64,000 bases of DNA. Origin: Octopus sinensis (lineage: Eukaryota). Positions 61,601 through 64,000 of the stretch are shown piece after piece. Position numbers and translations under genes: made by a program. Each line of letters starts with the position of its first letter. Within the stretch, counting starts at the first letter, position 1. The notes beneath the pieces were generated by a model. It made no database searches. It worked only from the letters and a program-made list of their open reading frames with translations, and was not told the origin of the DNA. The stretch covers positions 24,738,001 through 24,802,000 of the forward strand of contig NC_043021.1 of the NCBI RefSeq assembly GCF_006345805.1, read 5' to 3'.

Positions 61601-63460
61601 TCATTTCAAACACATTTCTATCCATTCACTCGTTCAGAGAACATTAAGAAAGTTATGAGGAAACGAAATATCGGAAGGAGGTGCACCCAACTAATTGACA
61701 AATATAGAAAAGCGAGAGGAAAAAAGTAATGCTACCATCAGCAGCAGTGCGCAATGTATGTATATTTATGCGTGTGTATATATATATACACACACACAAT
61801 ATTAAATTCCAAGTCCCTCGAACATTACCTATCACTTAGCAATACTCGATATCGGTCTATAGACCTAAATATCGACATATCTTCGACATACATCTGATCA
61901 CAAGTATAGATAAAAACAGACAGGTAAATGTGACAGGCGTAGACACAAGATCACACACAGACACACAAGCGCACCTTAACCAAATATCTAAAACGTGATG
62001 AATACAGGAACAACCAATTTAATACCGACACAGACAGGACAAAAATAAACTCCTATAAATAATATATAAGCAAGATGGCCAAGTGAGACCAAGCACTCTA
62101 GGTCTTATAAGATTCCCATTTGAACGAAAGTGATTTTAACAAAACGATATCTTTTAGACTGCTTTTTTTTTATCGCTGAAAATGTGACTCAAATTCAAAG
62201 AATTAGTCTTCGGTGACGTAATATTTAAAGAAAATACGTACGTAAGTAATCAAACAAATTGTGTGTAGACGCAAATCAGAACATAATGACAAAAACCTAT
62301 TACAGCTTATAGGATGTGGAGACATCCAAAAGGGCAAGCTAGTAATAGACATATAATTAATACATTAAACAACGTAGACGTAGAGTGACAAACCTAGAGG
62401 CATACACACACACACACACACAACACAATTACAATATTTTGCACACACACACACACACTATATATATATATCGAACCCAAGAGGCAGTCTCCGTCAAAGT
62501 CCATCCTGTCCTAGAAACGGGACGGCCACATTGAATAATTTAGCCCTGAATAAATTATGTCCAGAAAAAAAAATCTGGGTGATCACGAGTGGAAAGTCTT
62601 TGATTGTATCTGTTCAAACCAAATATGACCCCGGGGCTAAGCAATAAGCAAGCAGCCTCCACGTAGATGCCTCAACATAGATACACGGACTACTAGAAAT
62701 GGCAGTCAAATTTCCTCAAATCACACCATACTGTCTTCAAATAAAACGACATAATGAACCAATGTAGTCCGAGATACATGGAAAGACGAAGTGGTCACAT
62801 TTGGAAGGCCTTTCATCATGCCTGCTGCAATACGGCTGCCTTGAGTTAAGCAGTATCACACACCCATACATGTCAAATACAATATATACTTTGACATATT
62901 ACACAATAAGTAGGATAAATGTAAAATAGACACACATCACACACACGTATATATATATATATGTGTGTGTATATATATATACACATATATATATACACAT
63001 ATATATATACACATATATATATATATACACACACACAACATAAAAAATATAACTGACAATAGTAAGTTTAAGGAGTTTCGGGAAACGCTGTCCTTCGAAG
63101 TCCCATACTTTGGCGGAAAGGGAACCGGATAAGTTTCCCCACCCGATTGCTTCATTTTCTAATATTCTTGGGTTCGATTCTAATATAAATTGAGAAACTC
63201 GACAATGCTTCTGCACACACCTTCCACGCCCCGTTTACTTTCGTAATCTCTTCCTTTTCTGCACGAGGAATGGGACTTCGCAGGATGGCTATCCCAAAAC
63301 TACTAAAAATACACCCTACATAACAGAGACGACGATAATAGTAAATCAGATATACATGTGTGTGTGTGTATACATACATATACACCATCAATGACGAACA
63401 GAGAATACATACATCCATAATAGCAAGGCAGTATATACACACACATTTATATATTGTATT

Positions 63461-63494
<34 letters not shown>

Positions 63495-63568
63495 TAGTAA
63501 GAGGAAGGCGAGCAAGATGAAATTTTGAAGTCACTGCCGACTTTTTTTTTTTTTCTTGTAAATATTTT

Positions 63569-63713
63569 GGCAGTCCTTCGGTATTGGTAGACGACGTCAG
63601 TCACCCACACAACCTTTCCTTATGACATAGATAAAGAGGCGAGGCTGAAAAACAGGGGGAATGACGTCGCCTCCTCATACAGACACTCAGTAGACCAGTA
63701 CCGAAGGAATGTC
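63569..63713. mobile_element. MITE, same family as 29362-29510
   Basis: ggcagtccttcggtattggt ... accagtaccgaaggaatgtc; interior (cacacaacc..., gctgaaaaa, gaatgacgtcg) shared with the 29.4-kb copy. Confidence 0.7.
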
Positions 63714-63745
63714 ATTGTTTCATACATATATATATATATATATAA

Positions 63746-63957
63746 ATAAAATATGAATTAGAGATAAAACCACTATTATGCAACTCAAACTTATTATATT
63801 ATATATTTATCATTCATTTTATCCTTTTTGAGATCTAGTTCTAAGTTATTTATTTTTTAAAAAATCATATATATATTATTTGTTATTTATGTATTGGTTT
63901 GTGTCTGTCATTGTTTGAGTTGCATAATAGTGGTTTTATCTCTAATTCATATTTTAT
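63746..63957. mobile_element. AT-rich MITE with perfect 45-bp inverted repeats
   Basis: 63746-63790 ataaaatatgaattagagataaaaccactattatgcaactcaaac is the exact reverse complement of 63913-63957. Confidence 0.8.
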
Positions 63958-64000
63958 ATATTTGTACTGTGAAATTTGATTTAATACTAAATTGGAATTT

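Overview
AT-rich eukaryotic DNA, dense in microsatellites and transposons. The repeat families and (TA)n/(CA)n/(ATC)n load look like a coleoid cephalopod (Octopus-like); this is inferred, not database-checked. One host gene is clearly supported: the 5' end of LIS1/PAFAH1B1 on the minus strand. Its first coding exon (19400-19431) encodes MVLSQRQREEL and ends at the phase-2 intron position known from vertebrate LIS1. I found no later LIS1 exon in bases 1-19399, so that intron appears to be >19 kb. It contains a piggyBac remnant split by a Penelope element, a 5'-truncated RTE LINE, a Ty3/Gypsy integrase relic, and many SINEs and MITEs. The rest of the window holds candidate LIS1 5'-UTR exons, promoter-like motif clusters, several SINE families, MITEs, a non-autonomous Helitron and compound microsatellites. 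Nearly all ORFs in the supplied track are repeat artefacts. Best leads: (i) hammerhead-like cores in the Penelope 3' region and in a tRNA-headed SINE-like element, suggesting a Pol III-headed passenger mobilised by Penelope; (ii) an isolated 32-bp-stem hairpin at 30511-30577 resembling a pre-miRNA; (iii) 16 tandem GTAAGTAT U1-type donor sites inside the microsatellite near the LIS1 5' end; (iv) CpG domains hinting at an unrecognised gene body at about 37-57 kb. There is no CRISPR array, rRNA or bona fide tRNA gene. All alignments, counts and family names were made by eye.
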